The notes beneath the pieces were generated by a model that saw only the letters and a program-made list of their open reading frames with translations, was not told the DNA's origin and searched no databases. A DNA stretch of 64,000 nt from Vicinamibacterales bacterium (GTDB lineage Bacteria; Acidobacteriota; Vicinamibacteria; Vicinamibacterales; UBA8438). The position numbers and the translations under genes are program-made. Positions 38,926 to 52,728 of the stretch are shown piece after piece; the first letter of the stretch is position 1, and each line of letters opens with the position of its first letter. The DNA lies in contig CBDBKJ010000004.1 in NCBI GenBank assembly GCA_965206705.1, positions 417,810-481,809 on the forward strand, read 5' to 3'.

Positions 38926-39811
38926 CCGGCACGCCGGATCCGATCACCCGATCGCCCACCCGGACCACCGGAACCACCTCGCGGGTGGTGCTGGTGATGA
39001 ACATCTCGTCGACGGCCGGCAGGTCCGACTCGCGGAGCACCGCGTCCCGGACTGGCACCCCCATGTCGGCGCCCACCTCGAACAGCAGGTTCCGCGTCAC
39101 CCCTTCGAGCAGCCCGGCATCGAGCGGCGGGGTCAGGACGACGCCGTCCCGCACCACGAACAGGTTCGACTGCGAGCATTCGGCGAGCTCGCCGCGGTGG
39201 TTGAGGAGTATGGCCTCGTACGCGCCGTCGCGCACCGCCTCCTGCATCGCCAGCACGTTGTTCAGCAGGTTGTTGGACTTGATGACGGGATCGACGCTGC
39301 GGGGGTGGTTGCGCACGACGCTGGCGACGAGCAGCCGCACCCCGTCCCGCTGCACCGGGTCCGGCGACTCCCGATGCGCGCGGGCGATCATGACGATGGT
39401 CGGCGTCCGGCAGACGGCGGGGTCGTAGCCGAGATCGCCGACCCCCCGCGTGACGAGTATCCGGAGGGTCACCTCGCCGTGCGGGTGGACGCCGCGCATG
39501 GTGTCGCGCATGCGGCCCTCCAGCTCCCGATCCGTCGGCGGGATCGCCAGGGACAGGCGCGCCGCCGAGGCGCGGAGCCGGGCGAGGTGCCGATCCGGCA
39601 GGAAGGGCTGGCGGTTGTAGGTGCGGAGGGTCTCGTAGACGCCGTCGCCGTAGAGAAAGCCGTGGTCGAAGACCGAGACCACCGCCCGGTCGCCGGACGT
39701 CACGACCCCGTTCACGCTCACGGTGGCCTCGGCGATGCCGGAGGACGCGGCGGGATGCGCGTCGACAGGGTTCGGATTCACGCCGTCCACGGTACCATAC
39801 GCGCAGGCCAT
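38855..39811 (-). CDS. class IV aminotransferase (branched-chain amino acid aminotransferase / aminodeoxychorismate lyase family)
   Basis: ..VSVFDHGFLYGDGVYETLR.., ..HLARLRASA.., ..IKSNNLLNNVLA.., ..GVTR.. Length is 318 aa. Confidence 0.85.
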   Translation of the reverse strand: MACAYGTVDGVNPNPVDAHPAASSGIAEATVSVNGVVTSGDRAVVSVFDHGFLYGDGVYETLRTYNRQPFLPDRHLARLRASAARLSLAIPPTDRELEGRMRDTMRGVHPHGEVTLRILVTRGVGDLGYDPAVCRTPTIVMIARAHRESPDPVQRDGVRLLVASVVRNHPRSVDPVIKSNNLLNNVLAMQEAVRDGAYEAILLNHRGELAECSQSNLFVVRDGVVLTPPLDAGLLEGVTRNLLFEVGADMGVPVRDAVLRESDLPAVDEMFITSTTREVVPVVRVGDRVIGSGVPGPVTGRLLARLRERADAMTRTAG

Positions 39812-39990
39812 CGGTGATGGGGCCGGCGCGCGCGGGGGCGGGAGCAGGCCCCCCCGACGGCGGTGGGGCAGCGGCGGCCCGGGGTGCGGAATGCGGCGCT
39901 CACCGAGAGCACCGGTTGCATGCCGGCTACTTCGCCGAGAGCCGACGGTTCCCCGGATTGGAGAACGCAGTCATTGGGGCGGGACACGGG

Positions 39991-41586
39991 ATGCGGGTGC
40001 TGAACACGGCCCAGATGCGCGAGGCGGATCGGCGGGCGATCACCGATCTCGGCGTGCCGTCGCTGGTGTTGATGGAGCATGCCGGCCGGCAGGTGGTCTC
40101 GGTTCTCGCGTCGCGCCGGCTGCCCCGGCCGGGGGGCCGCGTCGCGGTGGTGTGCGGGAAGGGGAACAACGGCGGCGACGGATTCGTCGTGGCGCGAATC
40201 CTCTCGGCCCGCGGCGCCGCCGTGCAGGTGTACCTGGCGGCGCCGGCGGCGGAGATCGGAGGAGACGCGGAGATCAACCTGTCGGTGCTCCGGCGGTCGG
40301 GGGTTCCGGTGGTCGACGTCTCGATGCCGTCAGCCTGGACGGCGGCGCGGGGGGATCTCGGCCGATGCGACGTGGTCGTCGATGCCCTGTTCGGCACCGG
40401 GCTGACGCGACCCCTGGCGGGGCACTGGCGGTCCGTCGTCGCCGACCTCGATGCCTCGGATGTTCCGGTGGTGTCGATCGACCTGCCGTCCGGGCTGTCG
40501 GCAGATACGCCGGGGATGATCGGCGAGGCAGTCGCGGCCGAGCTCACGGTCACCCTCGGCGCCCCGAAGCTGCCGTTGCTGCTGGGCCTGGCGGAAGCCC
40601 GGGCCGGCGCCGTCGTGGTCGCCGACATCGGCATTCCGGCCGCGGTCGTGGACGCGGTGGCGGGGCCGCGCGTGACCGTCATCACCCGGGCCTGGGCCCG
40701 AAAGCAGGTCCCGCGCCGGCCCCGGGAGACCCACAAGGGAGACTATGGACGGGTGGTCGTCGCCGCCGGGTCGACGGGCAAGAGCGGCGCCGCCGGTCTC
40801 GCCGCGCTCGGCGCCCTGCGCTCCGGGGCGGGTCTGGTGACGGTCGCCACGCCGCGCGCCTGCCAGCCCGCGGTGGCCGCCCTCGCGCCCGAGTACATGA
40901 CCCTGGGGCTCGACCACGACGGCGAGGGTCTCGTCCGAGCCGACGCGGCCGGCGCGGTCCTCGCCGAACGGTGCGACGTGCTCGCCGTCGGGCCTGGTCT
41001 CGGACGGGGAGCCGGCGTCACCCGGTTCGTGCGCGAGCTGGTGGACCGCGCGGCGGCCCCGATGGTGCTCGACGCCGACGCCCTGAACGTGTTCGCCGGC
41101 GACGCCGCCGGACTCCAGGGGCGTCCCGACCGCGGGCTGGTCATCACCCCCCATGCCGGCGAGATGGGGCGCATCATCGGCAAGCCGGCCGATTTCGTGG
41201 TCGCCCACCGCCTCGACGTGGCCCGCGACCTGGCGGTGGACCGGAGCATCTTCGTCGTCCTCAAGGGCCCGCGGACCCTCGTGGCGACGCCGGCGGGGGC
41301 GGTGTGGATCAACGTGACCGGCAATCCGGGCATGGCGACCGGCGGCGCCGGCGACGTGCTCACCGGGGTCCTGGCCGCCTGGATGGCGCAGCTGCCGGAC
41401 ATCGAGACCGCGTGCGGGCTGGGGGTGTGCCTGCACGGGCTCGCGGGCGACCTCGCGGCCAGCGAGCAGGGCCAGGCCGGGCTCATCGCCACTGACCTGG
41501 CGCGCCATCTCGGCCTGGCCCTGCTCGCCCTCGACGACGGCAGGCTCGACCGTCATGACCGGGAACCGGAGCTCCTGCCGCTCTGA
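39991..41586 (+). CDS. nnr: bifunctional NAD(P)H-hydrate repair enzyme (epimerase / ADP-dependent dehydratase)
   Basis: YjeF_N motif VVCGKGNNGGDGFVVAR. The C-terminal carbohydrate-kinase part contains HKGDYGRV.. and ..TGGAGDVLTGV. Confidence 0.9.
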   Translation: MRVLNTAQMREADRRAITDLGVPSLVLMEHAGRQVVSVLASRRLPRPGGRVAVVCGKGNNGGDGFVVARILSARGAAVQVYLAAPAAEIGGDAEINLSVLRRSGVPVVDVSMPSAWTAARGDLGRCDVVVDALFGTGLTRPLAGHWRSVVADLDASDVPVVSIDLPSGLSADTPGMIGEAVAAELTVTLGAPKLPLLLGLAEARAGAVVVADIGIPAAVVDAVAGPRVTVITRAWARKQVPRRPRETHKGDYGRVVVAAGSTGKSGAAGLAALGALRSGAGLVTVATPRACQPAVAALAPEYMTLGLDHDGEGLVRADAAGAVLAERCDVLAVGPGLGRGAGVTRFVRELVDRAAAPMVLDADALNVFAGDAAGLQGRPDRGLVITPHAGEMGRIIGKPADFVVAHRLDVARDLAVDRSIFVVLKGPRTLVATPAGAVWINVTGNPGMATGGAGDVLTGVLAAWMAQLPDIETACGLGVCLHGLAGDLAASEQGQAGLIATDLARHLGLALLALDDGRLDRHDREPELLPL

Positions 41587-41611
41587 GACCCTATCGGGAC
41601 GACATCACACC

Positions 41612-42106
41612 GTGGACACGCGCTACCAGAGTCACTCGGAACGGGAGACCGCGGACATCGCGGCCGATCTCGCCCGCCGGCTTCCCGGCGGCACGGTGGT
41701 CCTGCTGTTCGGCGACCTCGGGGCCGGGAAGACCGCGTTCGTGCGAGGGTTCGTCGAGGGCGTCGGGATCGACCCCGACGAGGTCAGCAGCCCCACGTTC
41801 ACCCTCGTCCAGGCCTACGGCGGGGGACGGGTCCAGCACGTCGATCTGTACCGGCTCGCACCGGAGGAGACCGACGACCTCGGCCTCGAAGAGCTGCCGG
41901 AAGCTGGCGCGCTGGTCTGCATCGAGTGGGCCGACCGGCTGCCGCGCCCGGTGCAGGGCGCGGTGTCGGTCCGGATTGACGACGGGGGAGGCGATTCACG
42001 CGAGCTCGTCATCGAGATGCCGGACGGGGTCGAGCCCTTCTCGCACCAAGGAACCCGCGTCACGACCTCGATGATCGTGCAGGCCCGTGACGCGGACCGC
42101 AAATGA
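41612..42106 (+). CDS. tsaE: tRNA threonylcarbamoyladenosine biosynthesis ATPase TsaE
   Basis: GTG at 41612. ..VVLLFGDLGAGKTAFVRGF.., ..SPTFTLVQAY.., ..HVDLYRL.., ..IEWADR. Confidence 0.85.
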   Translation: MDTRYQSHSERETADIAADLARRLPGGTVVLLFGDLGAGKTAFVRGFVEGVGIDPDEVSSPTFTLVQAYGGGRVQHVDLYRLAPEETDDLGLEELPEAGALVCIEWADRLPRPVQGAVSVRIDDGGGDSRELVIEMPDGVEPFSHQGTRVTTSMIVQARDADRK

Positions 42107-42180
42107 TCGCCGGAACCTGAAAGAACCGCGTGAATCCGCGCGCGTCGAACACGCGACGGATGGGCCCGCTCTCCGGCGGC

Positions 42181-46600
<4,420 letters not shown>

Positions 46601-46739
46601 CAGTCGAGTCCAGTGGACCGTATCGAGGGCAATCTACCCGACGTTCGGGCCGGGCAGAACCCTCCTGGAGTTACGCTGTCGATGTGATGACCCAAGGCGG
46701 GTGTCGATCCGGAACACGGATATTGATCGATTGTAGGGA

Positions 46740-46768
46740 AGGGGTCTATACGCGTCAAGGTGGCCCGA
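46740..46768 (-). promoter_or_regulatory. candidate sigma70 promoter upstream of secA
   Basis: Minus strand TTGACG-N17-TACAAT (-35 at 46768-46763, -10 at 46745-46740), about 140 nt upstream of the secA ATG. Confidence 0.45.
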
Positions 46769-46909
46769 GAGTTCGTGGCGAACCCCATTCGTGCGCGAGA
46801 ACCGCGAAGTGCCCCCGGCGCAGGCCCCGCCAAGAGTGACGCCGGGTCACCAGACAGCCGACGGAAGTTGCCGAACAAGGGAGGACGCCGTCCGATCCGG
46901 GTGGGGGAT

Positions 46910-47872
46910 TCAGTCGGCCGAGACCGAGCCGGACGCGAACACCAGCCGCAGGGGGTTCATCCGGCGGGTGCCGACGAGAACCTCGTAGTGGACGTGGGAC
47001 CCGGTGGCGCGGCCGGTGGCGCCGGCATAGCCGATGACCTGGCCGCGTTCGACATTCTCGCCGACGGCAGTCGCGAACTCCGACAGATGACCGTATCGGG
47101 TGCGCCGGCCGAAGCCGTGATCGATCTCGATCATCTTGCCGAGATTGCCGTTTCGCCCGGCTTCCGCGACCCGGCCGTCGGCCGTTGCCCGGACCGGTTG
47201 TCCATATCCGGTCGAGATGTCCAGAGCCGGGTGGAAGGTTCGCTCCTTGGTGAACGGATCGCGCCGGTACCCGTACCGGGCGGTGATGCGGCCGGGGGTC
47301 GGCAGGTCGAACGGCGTCGCCGCGGCCAGATCCTGTCGGAGACCGATACTGTCGCGGGCGACCGCGAGCTCCATTTCCAGCACGTCGAGCAGATCGTGCA
47401 GCATTTCGAGGGTCTCGGTCGGCGCCGCCTGCGCCACCGCCCGCAGGGTCGACGCGGTGCGGGAGCGATCCACTTCGGCCAACTGCGTCATGGCCCGCCG
47501 AAGACCGGGGGTGACGACGGACTCATCGCGCAGGGCCTCGACGACGGCCTGCAAGGCGGTCACTCGACGGGAGAGATCGATCGTGTCGGAGCTGAATTGC
47601 CGAACCTCGGTCTGGAGCAGGGCATTGAACGAACGCAATCGGTCGTTCACGGTCCAGCGAGGCGAAGCGAGCCATTCGGCCGGATCGAACCGCGACCCGT
47701 CGAGCCAAGCGGCGTGCGCCCCCCATCCGAGCGGCAGGGCGACCAGCAGGGCGAGCACCAGCTTCGGGCGCAAACTCAGCGCGAAGCGGTGAACGACTCC
47801 GGTCGAACGGTCGGCGACGATGAAGGAATATCGTTTGACCAGCGTCCACCTCGCAGGCCGGAATCCTACCAT
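46910..47872 (-). CDS. M23 family metallopeptidase (LytM-type) with an N-terminal anchor and coiled region
   Basis: ..FHPALDIS..G.PV.A.ADG.V..AG..G.LG..I.IDHG.G..T.YGHL..GATGRATGSHVHYEV. The start is uncertain (47872 preferred; 47953 is possible but would overlap the divergent gene). Confidence 0.85.
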   Translation of the reverse strand: MVGFRPARWTLVKRYSFIVADRSTGVVHRFALSLRPKLVLALLVALPLGWGAHAAWLDGSRFDPAEWLASPRWTVNDRLRSFNALLQTEVRQFSSDTIDLSRRVTALQAVVEALRDESVVTPGLRRAMTQLAEVDRSRTASTLRAVAQAAPTETLEMLHDLLDVLEMELAVARDSIGLRQDLAAATPFDLPTPGRITARYGYRRDPFTKERTFHPALDISTGYGQPVRATADGRVAEAGRNGNLGKMIEIDHGFGRRTRYGHLSEFATAVGENVERGQVIGYAGATGRATGSHVHYEVLVGTRRMNPLRLVFASGSVSAD

Positions 47873-47939
47873 GGCGACCGCGATTCGGAAAGAGACAACT
47901 TCGGCCCCGGGCCGAACGGTGTACGATCCGGCGGGAGAC

Positions 47940-49517
47940 ATGTCGTGCCGCATGTACTTGCTCGACCCGACGCACTCTGCCGCCAGAATCGCGTCCCGGC
48001 TTGCAGATCGCTTTCCGACTCGCCGCGAAGGGGGAGGGGCCGCCGCCCGCGCCTATCTCGACACCTTCGACTGGCGTCTCTATCGCGATTCCGGCACCGT
48101 CCTGTCCGATGCGCGGGACGGGTCCTGCCTCGTGCGCTGGGACAGCTTCGATGGCCGGCGCCGTCACCGCGCGACCCTTCCGGGGCCGCCCGGCTTCGCC
48201 CGCGAGCTGCCCCCGGGGGGCTTCCGGGACGAGCTGCTCGCGGTGACCGGCATCCGTCGGCTCCTGCCGATCGTCCGGATCGAGCGCCGCAGCGAACGAC
48301 TCTCGGTGGTCGACCACCGGGACAAGGCGGTCGTGCGCCTGTCGCTCGATCGCGGGACCGCCACCGGCCGGACGGGGCGGCGCCGGCGGCTGCCCTCGAC
48401 CCTGCGCCTCACCCGGATGACCGGGTACGAGCGCGCCTACGCCGGCGTTCGCCGCTTTCTCGAGCAGGACCTCGGCCTGGCGCAGGGACCGGAGGGCGAG
48501 CTCGATCTGGCTCTGGCCGCGGTCGGCCGGCAACCGGGTGACTACACCGGGAAGGTCGAGCTGAACCTCGAGTCGGCGGGTCGCACCGACCGCACGATGA
48601 AGCGCATCCTGGCCGCGCTGTGGGAGATGATGCAGGTCAACGAGGACGGTCTCCGCCAGGATCTCGATCCGGAGTTCCTGCATGATTTCCGCGTCGCGGT
48701 GCGGCGGACCCGTTCCTGTCTCGGCCAGGTCGGGGAGGTGTTCGACGAGAACGTGACCCGTCGGTTCGCCGGCGAGTTCGCCTGGCTCGGACAATTGACC
48801 GGTCCGTCTCGGGACCTCGACGTCCATCTGCTCAACCTGCGCGCCTGGGAAGCCGAAATGCCGGCCCTGGCGGGCGGCGGTCTGGCCCCGCTGGCCGACC
48901 ACCTGGAGGGCCGGAGACAGGCTGCCCACGCGCAACAGATCGCGGGTCTCGACTCGGCCCGATACAAGCGGCTGAAGCGGGAATGGAGCCGTTTCCTCGA
49001 GGCCGAAGCGGGGGGGGCGGGCGCGAACGCCGCCCGTCCGGTCGGGGAGGTGGCGGCCGAGCGTATCGATCGCGCCCATGCACGGGTGCGCAAGCGCGGG
49101 CGCGACCTGTCGGCGGAGACCCCGGCCGAGACCATCCACGAGCTGCGCATCGCCTGCAAGAAGCTGCGGTACCTGATCGAGTTCTTCCGGAGCCTGTTCG
49201 CGGCCGGCCGGGTGAATGCGTTCGTCCGTGCGCTCAAACGGCTGCAGGACGACCTCGGCGAGTACAACGACCTCCAGATCCAGCAGCGCGAGCTCCAGGA
49301 CACGGCGCAGGAGCTGTTGTCGGCGGGCGGGGCGAACGCGCCGTCGCTCCTGACGATGGGACGGCTGGTGGACCGTCTGGAATCGCGGCAGGAGGCCGCG
49401 CGACGGCGTCTCGTCGAGCAGGTCGGCCGGTTCGTCACCGCGCGCACCGCGGCAGAGCTCGGCGAGCTCCTGGCGACCCGTTCGGAGACCTCGATCTCGA
49501 ACCGCGGTGCATCGTGA
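47940..49517 (+). CDS. CHAD domain protein with an N-terminal CYTH-like region (polyphosphate-granule-associated protein type)
   Basis: The C-terminal half has CHAD helices with conserved His/Arg (HDFRVAVRRTRSCL, HELRIACKKLRYLIEFF). The N-terminal 200 aa are CYTH-sized but lack a clear ExExK motif. Start is at 47940 or 47952. Confidence 0.75.
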   Translation: MSCRMYLLDPTHSAARIASRLADRFPTRREGGGAAARAYLDTFDWRLYRDSGTVLSDARDGSCLVRWDSFDGRRRHRATLPGPPGFARELPPGGFRDELLAVTGIRRLLPIVRIERRSERLSVVDHRDKAVVRLSLDRGTATGRTGRRRRLPSTLRLTRMTGYERAYAGVRRFLEQDLGLAQGPEGELDLALAAVGRQPGDYTGKVELNLESAGRTDRTMKRILAALWEMMQVNEDGLRQDLDPEFLHDFRVAVRRTRSCLGQVGEVFDENVTRRFAGEFAWLGQLTGPSRDLDVHLLNLRAWEAEMPALAGGGLAPLADHLEGRRQAAHAQQIAGLDSARYKRLKREWSRFLEAEAGGAGANAARPVGEVAAERIDRAHARVRKRGRDLSAETPAETIHELRIACKKLRYLIEFFRSLFAAGRVNAFVRALKRLQDDLGEYNDLQIQQRELQDTAQELLSAGGANAPSLLTMGRLVDRLESRQEAARRRLVEQVGRFVTARTAAELGELLATRSETSISNRGAS

Positions 49518-49566
49518 CGACGCGAAGTCCCGCACGGCCGCCTCGACGCGCCGGAGAGGCGTCTCG

Positions 49567-50325
49567 ATGAGGGTGCTGGCCACCTACAACATCAAGGGGG
49601 GCGTGGGGAAGACGGCGGCCGCCGTCAATCTCGCCTGGCTCGCCGCCGCCTCCGGGTCGCGGACCCTTGTCTGCGATCTGGATCCGCAGGGCGCGGCCAC
49701 CTACTGCTTCCGGATCAAGATGAAGGTGCGCGGCGGGGGGAAGAAGCTGGTCCGGGGCAAGCGTCCGCTCGCCCGCTACGTCCGCGAGACCGACTACGAA
49801 GGGCTCGACCTGCTCCCGGCCGACTTCTCGTATCGCCATCTCGACCTGCTGCTCGACAACCCGAAGTACGTCCGTCGTCTGATCCGCAAGATCCGGGTGC
49901 TCGGCGGCGACTACGACTACGTCTTTCTGGACTGCGCCCCGAGCATCTCGCTCGTCTCGGAGGCTGTCTTCGCCGTCGCCGACGCCCTGATCGTGCCGAC
50001 GATTCCGACGACGCTGTCGCGACGGACGCTCGGCCAGCTCGCCCGGCACCTGCGGCAGCAGAGGACGACCGTGCAGGTGCTGCCGTTCTATTCCATGGTC
50101 GACCGGCGCCGGACCCTGCATCGGCGGATTTGCGACGCCCCCGACGAGATGCCGTGCCCCGTGCTCGCGACGGAGATTCCGTATTCCAGCATCGTGGAGC
50201 AGATGAGCGCGCGGCGGGCGCCCTTGTGCGGGTTCTCGAAGACGAGTCCGGCCGCTCGCGCCTATGCCGGCCTGTGGGGCGAGCTGGTCCGAAGGCTCCA
50301 GGATCGCCCGCCGGACGCTTCATGA
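49567..50325 (+). CDS. ParA/MinD-family P-loop ATPase (orphan, no ParB partner in the window)
   Basis: MRVLATYNIKGGVGKTAAAVNLA (deviant Walker A), LVCDLDPQG, and VFLDCAPS. Confidence 0.85.
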   Translation: MRVLATYNIKGGVGKTAAAVNLAWLAAASGSRTLVCDLDPQGAATYCFRIKMKVRGGGKKLVRGKRPLARYVRETDYEGLDLLPADFSYRHLDLLLDNPKYVRRLIRKIRVLGGDYDYVFLDCAPSISLVSEAVFAVADALIVPTIPTTLSRRTLGQLARHLRQQRTTVQVLPFYSMVDRRRTLHRRICDAPDEMPCPVLATEIPYSSIVEQMSARRAPLCGFSKTSPAARAYAGLWGELVRRLQDRPPDAS

Positions 50326-50825
50326 AGACGATTCTCCTGCTCCGTCACGGCAAGTCGAGCTGGGAGGCCGGACCGATCCCGGATCGCGAGCGGCCACTGG
50401 CCCCCCGCGGCGTGAAGGCGGCGCGCTGCATGGGCCGGTTTCTGGGGCGGACGGGGCCGGCCCCCGACCGCATTCTGTGCTCGCCGGCGGTACGCGCGGC
50501 CGAGACGCTGCGGCATGCCGCCGATTCGGGAGCCTGGCCGGCATCGGCGGATATCGTTCCCGAGCTGTACGGAGCCTCGTCGGGCGGCGTGCTGGCCTGT
50601 CTCTCGGCCGTTGCCGCCCCCGTCGAGACGCTCCTGGTGGTGGCCCACGAACCGGGCTGCTCGGAGACGGCGTCGGCGCTCATCGGCGGCGGCGGGGTGC
50701 GGTTTCCCACCGCCGCGCTCGCGTGCATCCGGCTGGACGTGGTCAGGTGGGACGAGGTCCGACCCGCCTGCGGCGAGCTGCTCTGGCTCGTCACCCCGCG
50801 CCTGCTGGCCCGGCTTGCCGTGTAG
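50322..50825 (+). CDS. SixA-type histidine phosphatase family protein
   Basis: ATG at 50322 overlaps the parA-like stop (ATGA). MKTILLLRHGKS (the RHG catalytic motif), ..ERPLAPRG.., and ..VVAHEPG. Confidence 0.8.
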   Translation: MKTILLLRHGKSSWEAGPIPDRERPLAPRGVKAARCMGRFLGRTGPAPDRILCSPAVRAAETLRHAADSGAWPASADIVPELYGASSGGVLACLSAVAAPVETLLVVAHEPGCSETASALIGGGGVRFPTAALACIRLDVVRWDEVRPACGELLWLVTPRLLARLAV

Positions 50826-50860
50826 CCGGCCGGCTCGACGTGTAGCCGGCCGGCTCGACG
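50821..50860. repeat. perfect 20-bp tandem duplication spanning the stop codon of the SixA-like gene
   Basis: tgtagccggccggctcgacg is present twice (50821-50840 and 50841-50860). Confidence 0.9.
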
Positions 50861-50975
50861 ATTGATCTGAAGCGGTGCAGACTCCCAGCCCGAAAGCCGT
50901 CGGCCGGCGCCTCCGCCTGCCGCCCAACCGACCCTCGAGGTGTTCACGCCGTCCTGCGGCGCAGAGCCCTGGCTC

Positions 50976-50997
50976 CTAGCCCGGATTTCTCACCGGT
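50976..50997. mobile_element. solo IS1380 end: CTAG plus 18 nt matching the right-end IR in inverted orientation, abutting copy B
   Basis: ctagcccggatttctcaccggt equals the reverse complement of the IS right end (..accggtgagaaatccgggctag). It extends 4 nt beyond the sequence shared by both IRs, so it is the right-end type. Confidence 0.7.
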
Positions 50998-52728
50998 AGC
51001 CCGGATTTCTCACAGCTCGTCGAGATCGGGCCTGATGCGGCGCGGCTGGGGTTCCGGGCGGCCATATCGGACGCCGGCGGTGGTCTGGATGTGGGCGACG
51101 ACGTGCGCGTGGCGCCAAAATCGGCCCGGTAAGCACACCACACGCGAAAGGACCCCGTGTCCCCCTGCAGTCGTGAACGTATGCCGCCACCTGGCCGACC
51201 GTCAGGCCGGGTCGGGCGGCGAGCGCAAACGTTGAGCGGCCATGATGAACAGATCGGCGTCGGGCGCCAGCTCGGACAGCGCCACCCAGATGCACCGCAC
51301 GGTGACGCGGACGTGGGCGCCGATCTTGAGCAGCCGCAGCCGTAGCGTATCGCATTGGGCGCGGGCGAGCCGGGTGCCCGCCAGCCCCCGGTCGCGGAGC
51401 TGCTGGAGCAGGACATAGGCCAACGTGGCCCAGTACAGGCGCAGTTGGTTGGCGCGCAGCGTCGCACTGCTGGTCCGGTCGGCAAACAGCGCCAGTTGCT
51501 GTTCCTTGATGCGGTTCTCCATGTCCCCGCGGGCACAGTAGAAATCCTCATACAACGCCTGCGCCGCCAAGGTGTCCGGCGGCAGCGATGTCACCACGAA
51601 GCGTGGATTGGCGCCCGCGGGCAGATGCTCGGCCTTGCCGACCACCCGGCGCTCCCGGCTCCAGCTCTTGCGCGTGCGATAGCGGAAGTCCGCAAACACC
51701 CGCGCGGCCACCCCGGTTTCCTCGCACTGCGCCTGGGCCTGCGCCAGTTCGGGCGCGATTTGTTCCTTCAACCGAACGTTCTTCGCCAAGCCGATGACGT
51801 AGTCCACCGCATGCTCTTCGCACCAGTTCAGCAGCTCGTCTCGGCAGAACCCCGAGTCCCCCCGAACCACGATGGGGACCGACGGCCATGCCTGCCGCAC
51901 CCGCTCCACAATCCGCGCCAACTCGTCCACCACGCCCGCCGCCCCGTCGATGTTCGAGGGCCGCAACCGCGAGCAGAGCACATGCGCCCCGCAGAAGATA
52001 TACAGAGGCAGATAGCAGTAGTTCCCGTAGTACCCGTGGAAGAACCGTCCTTCCTGCTGACCGTGCAGCGGATCGTCCGTCGCATCGACATCCAGCACGA
52101 TGCGCGCCGGCGGCGTCGGGTGCGACTCGATGAACACGTCTACCAGCAGGGCGTCGAGCGCCGCTTCGTCATAGGTCACCTTCTTGTACCGGTCAGCCTC
52201 GGCGTCCTTCGGCCCGACCAGTTCCAGCCGGTTCAGCGTGCTCTTCCCCGCCAGCGCGGCCCCCCGGTCTGACGGCCGCACCCGGTTCTCGCCCGTCGGG
52301 TCCGCCTTGCCCACGACAGCCGCCAACAGCGGGTCCCGCCGCAGGGTGTCATGGTCGTTCAGATCTTCGTAGCCCAACGCGACGGCCATCACACGCTGGG
52401 TCACCAAGTCCTCGACCGTGTGTTCGATCAAGCTTGGGTCCCGGTAGTCCTGGAAGCACTGCGCCGCGCGTCGGCACACGTCGGTGCACCTTTCAACCGC
52501 CCGCAGCAGCAATGCCCCGGCATTGGAAGTGATCGTTCCGCCCTCGAAGCTGGCGACCAGCCGACGACGACCGACCCGAGGAAACTCCAGCTGGATTGGT
52601 GGCTTACTTCGCGTACACTGTGTCGACAAGGGGCTGCCTCCGTGCATGGCTTGAAGTTATTGCCACAACAACACTTTACGCCATTACGGGCAGTCTCTTG
52701 TTCACCACCGGTGAGAAATCCGGGCTAG
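50996..52728 (-). mobile_element. IS1380-family insertion sequence, copy B (IS proper 51000..52724)
   Basis: Same 1725-bp element as copy A, in the same orientation. Flanks are gTAG (50996-50999) and CTAG (52725-52728). Confidence 0.9.
51202..52647 (-). CDS. IS1380-family DDE transposase (copy B)
   Basis: The 481-aa translation is identical to the copy A transposase. Confidence 0.9.
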   Translation of the reverse strand: MHGGSPLSTQCTRSKPPIQLEFPRVGRRRLVASFEGGTITSNAGALLLRAVERCTDVCRRAAQCFQDYRDPSLIEHTVEDLVTQRVMAVALGYEDLNDHDTLRRDPLLAAVVGKADPTGENRVRPSDRGAALAGKSTLNRLELVGPKDAEADRYKKVTYDEAALDALLVDVFIESHPTPPARIVLDVDATDDPLHGQQEGRFFHGYYGNYCYLPLYIFCGAHVLCSRLRPSNIDGAAGVVDELARIVERVRQAWPSVPIVVRGDSGFCRDELLNWCEEHAVDYVIGLAKNVRLKEQIAPELAQAQAQCEETGVAARVFADFRYRTRKSWSRERRVVGKAEHLPAGANPRFVVTSLPPDTLAAQALYEDFYCARGDMENRIKEQQLALFADRTSSATLRANQLRLYWATLAYVLLQQLRDRGLAGTRLARAQCDTLRLRLLKIGAHVRVTVRCIWVALSELAPDADLFIMAAQRLRSPPDPA

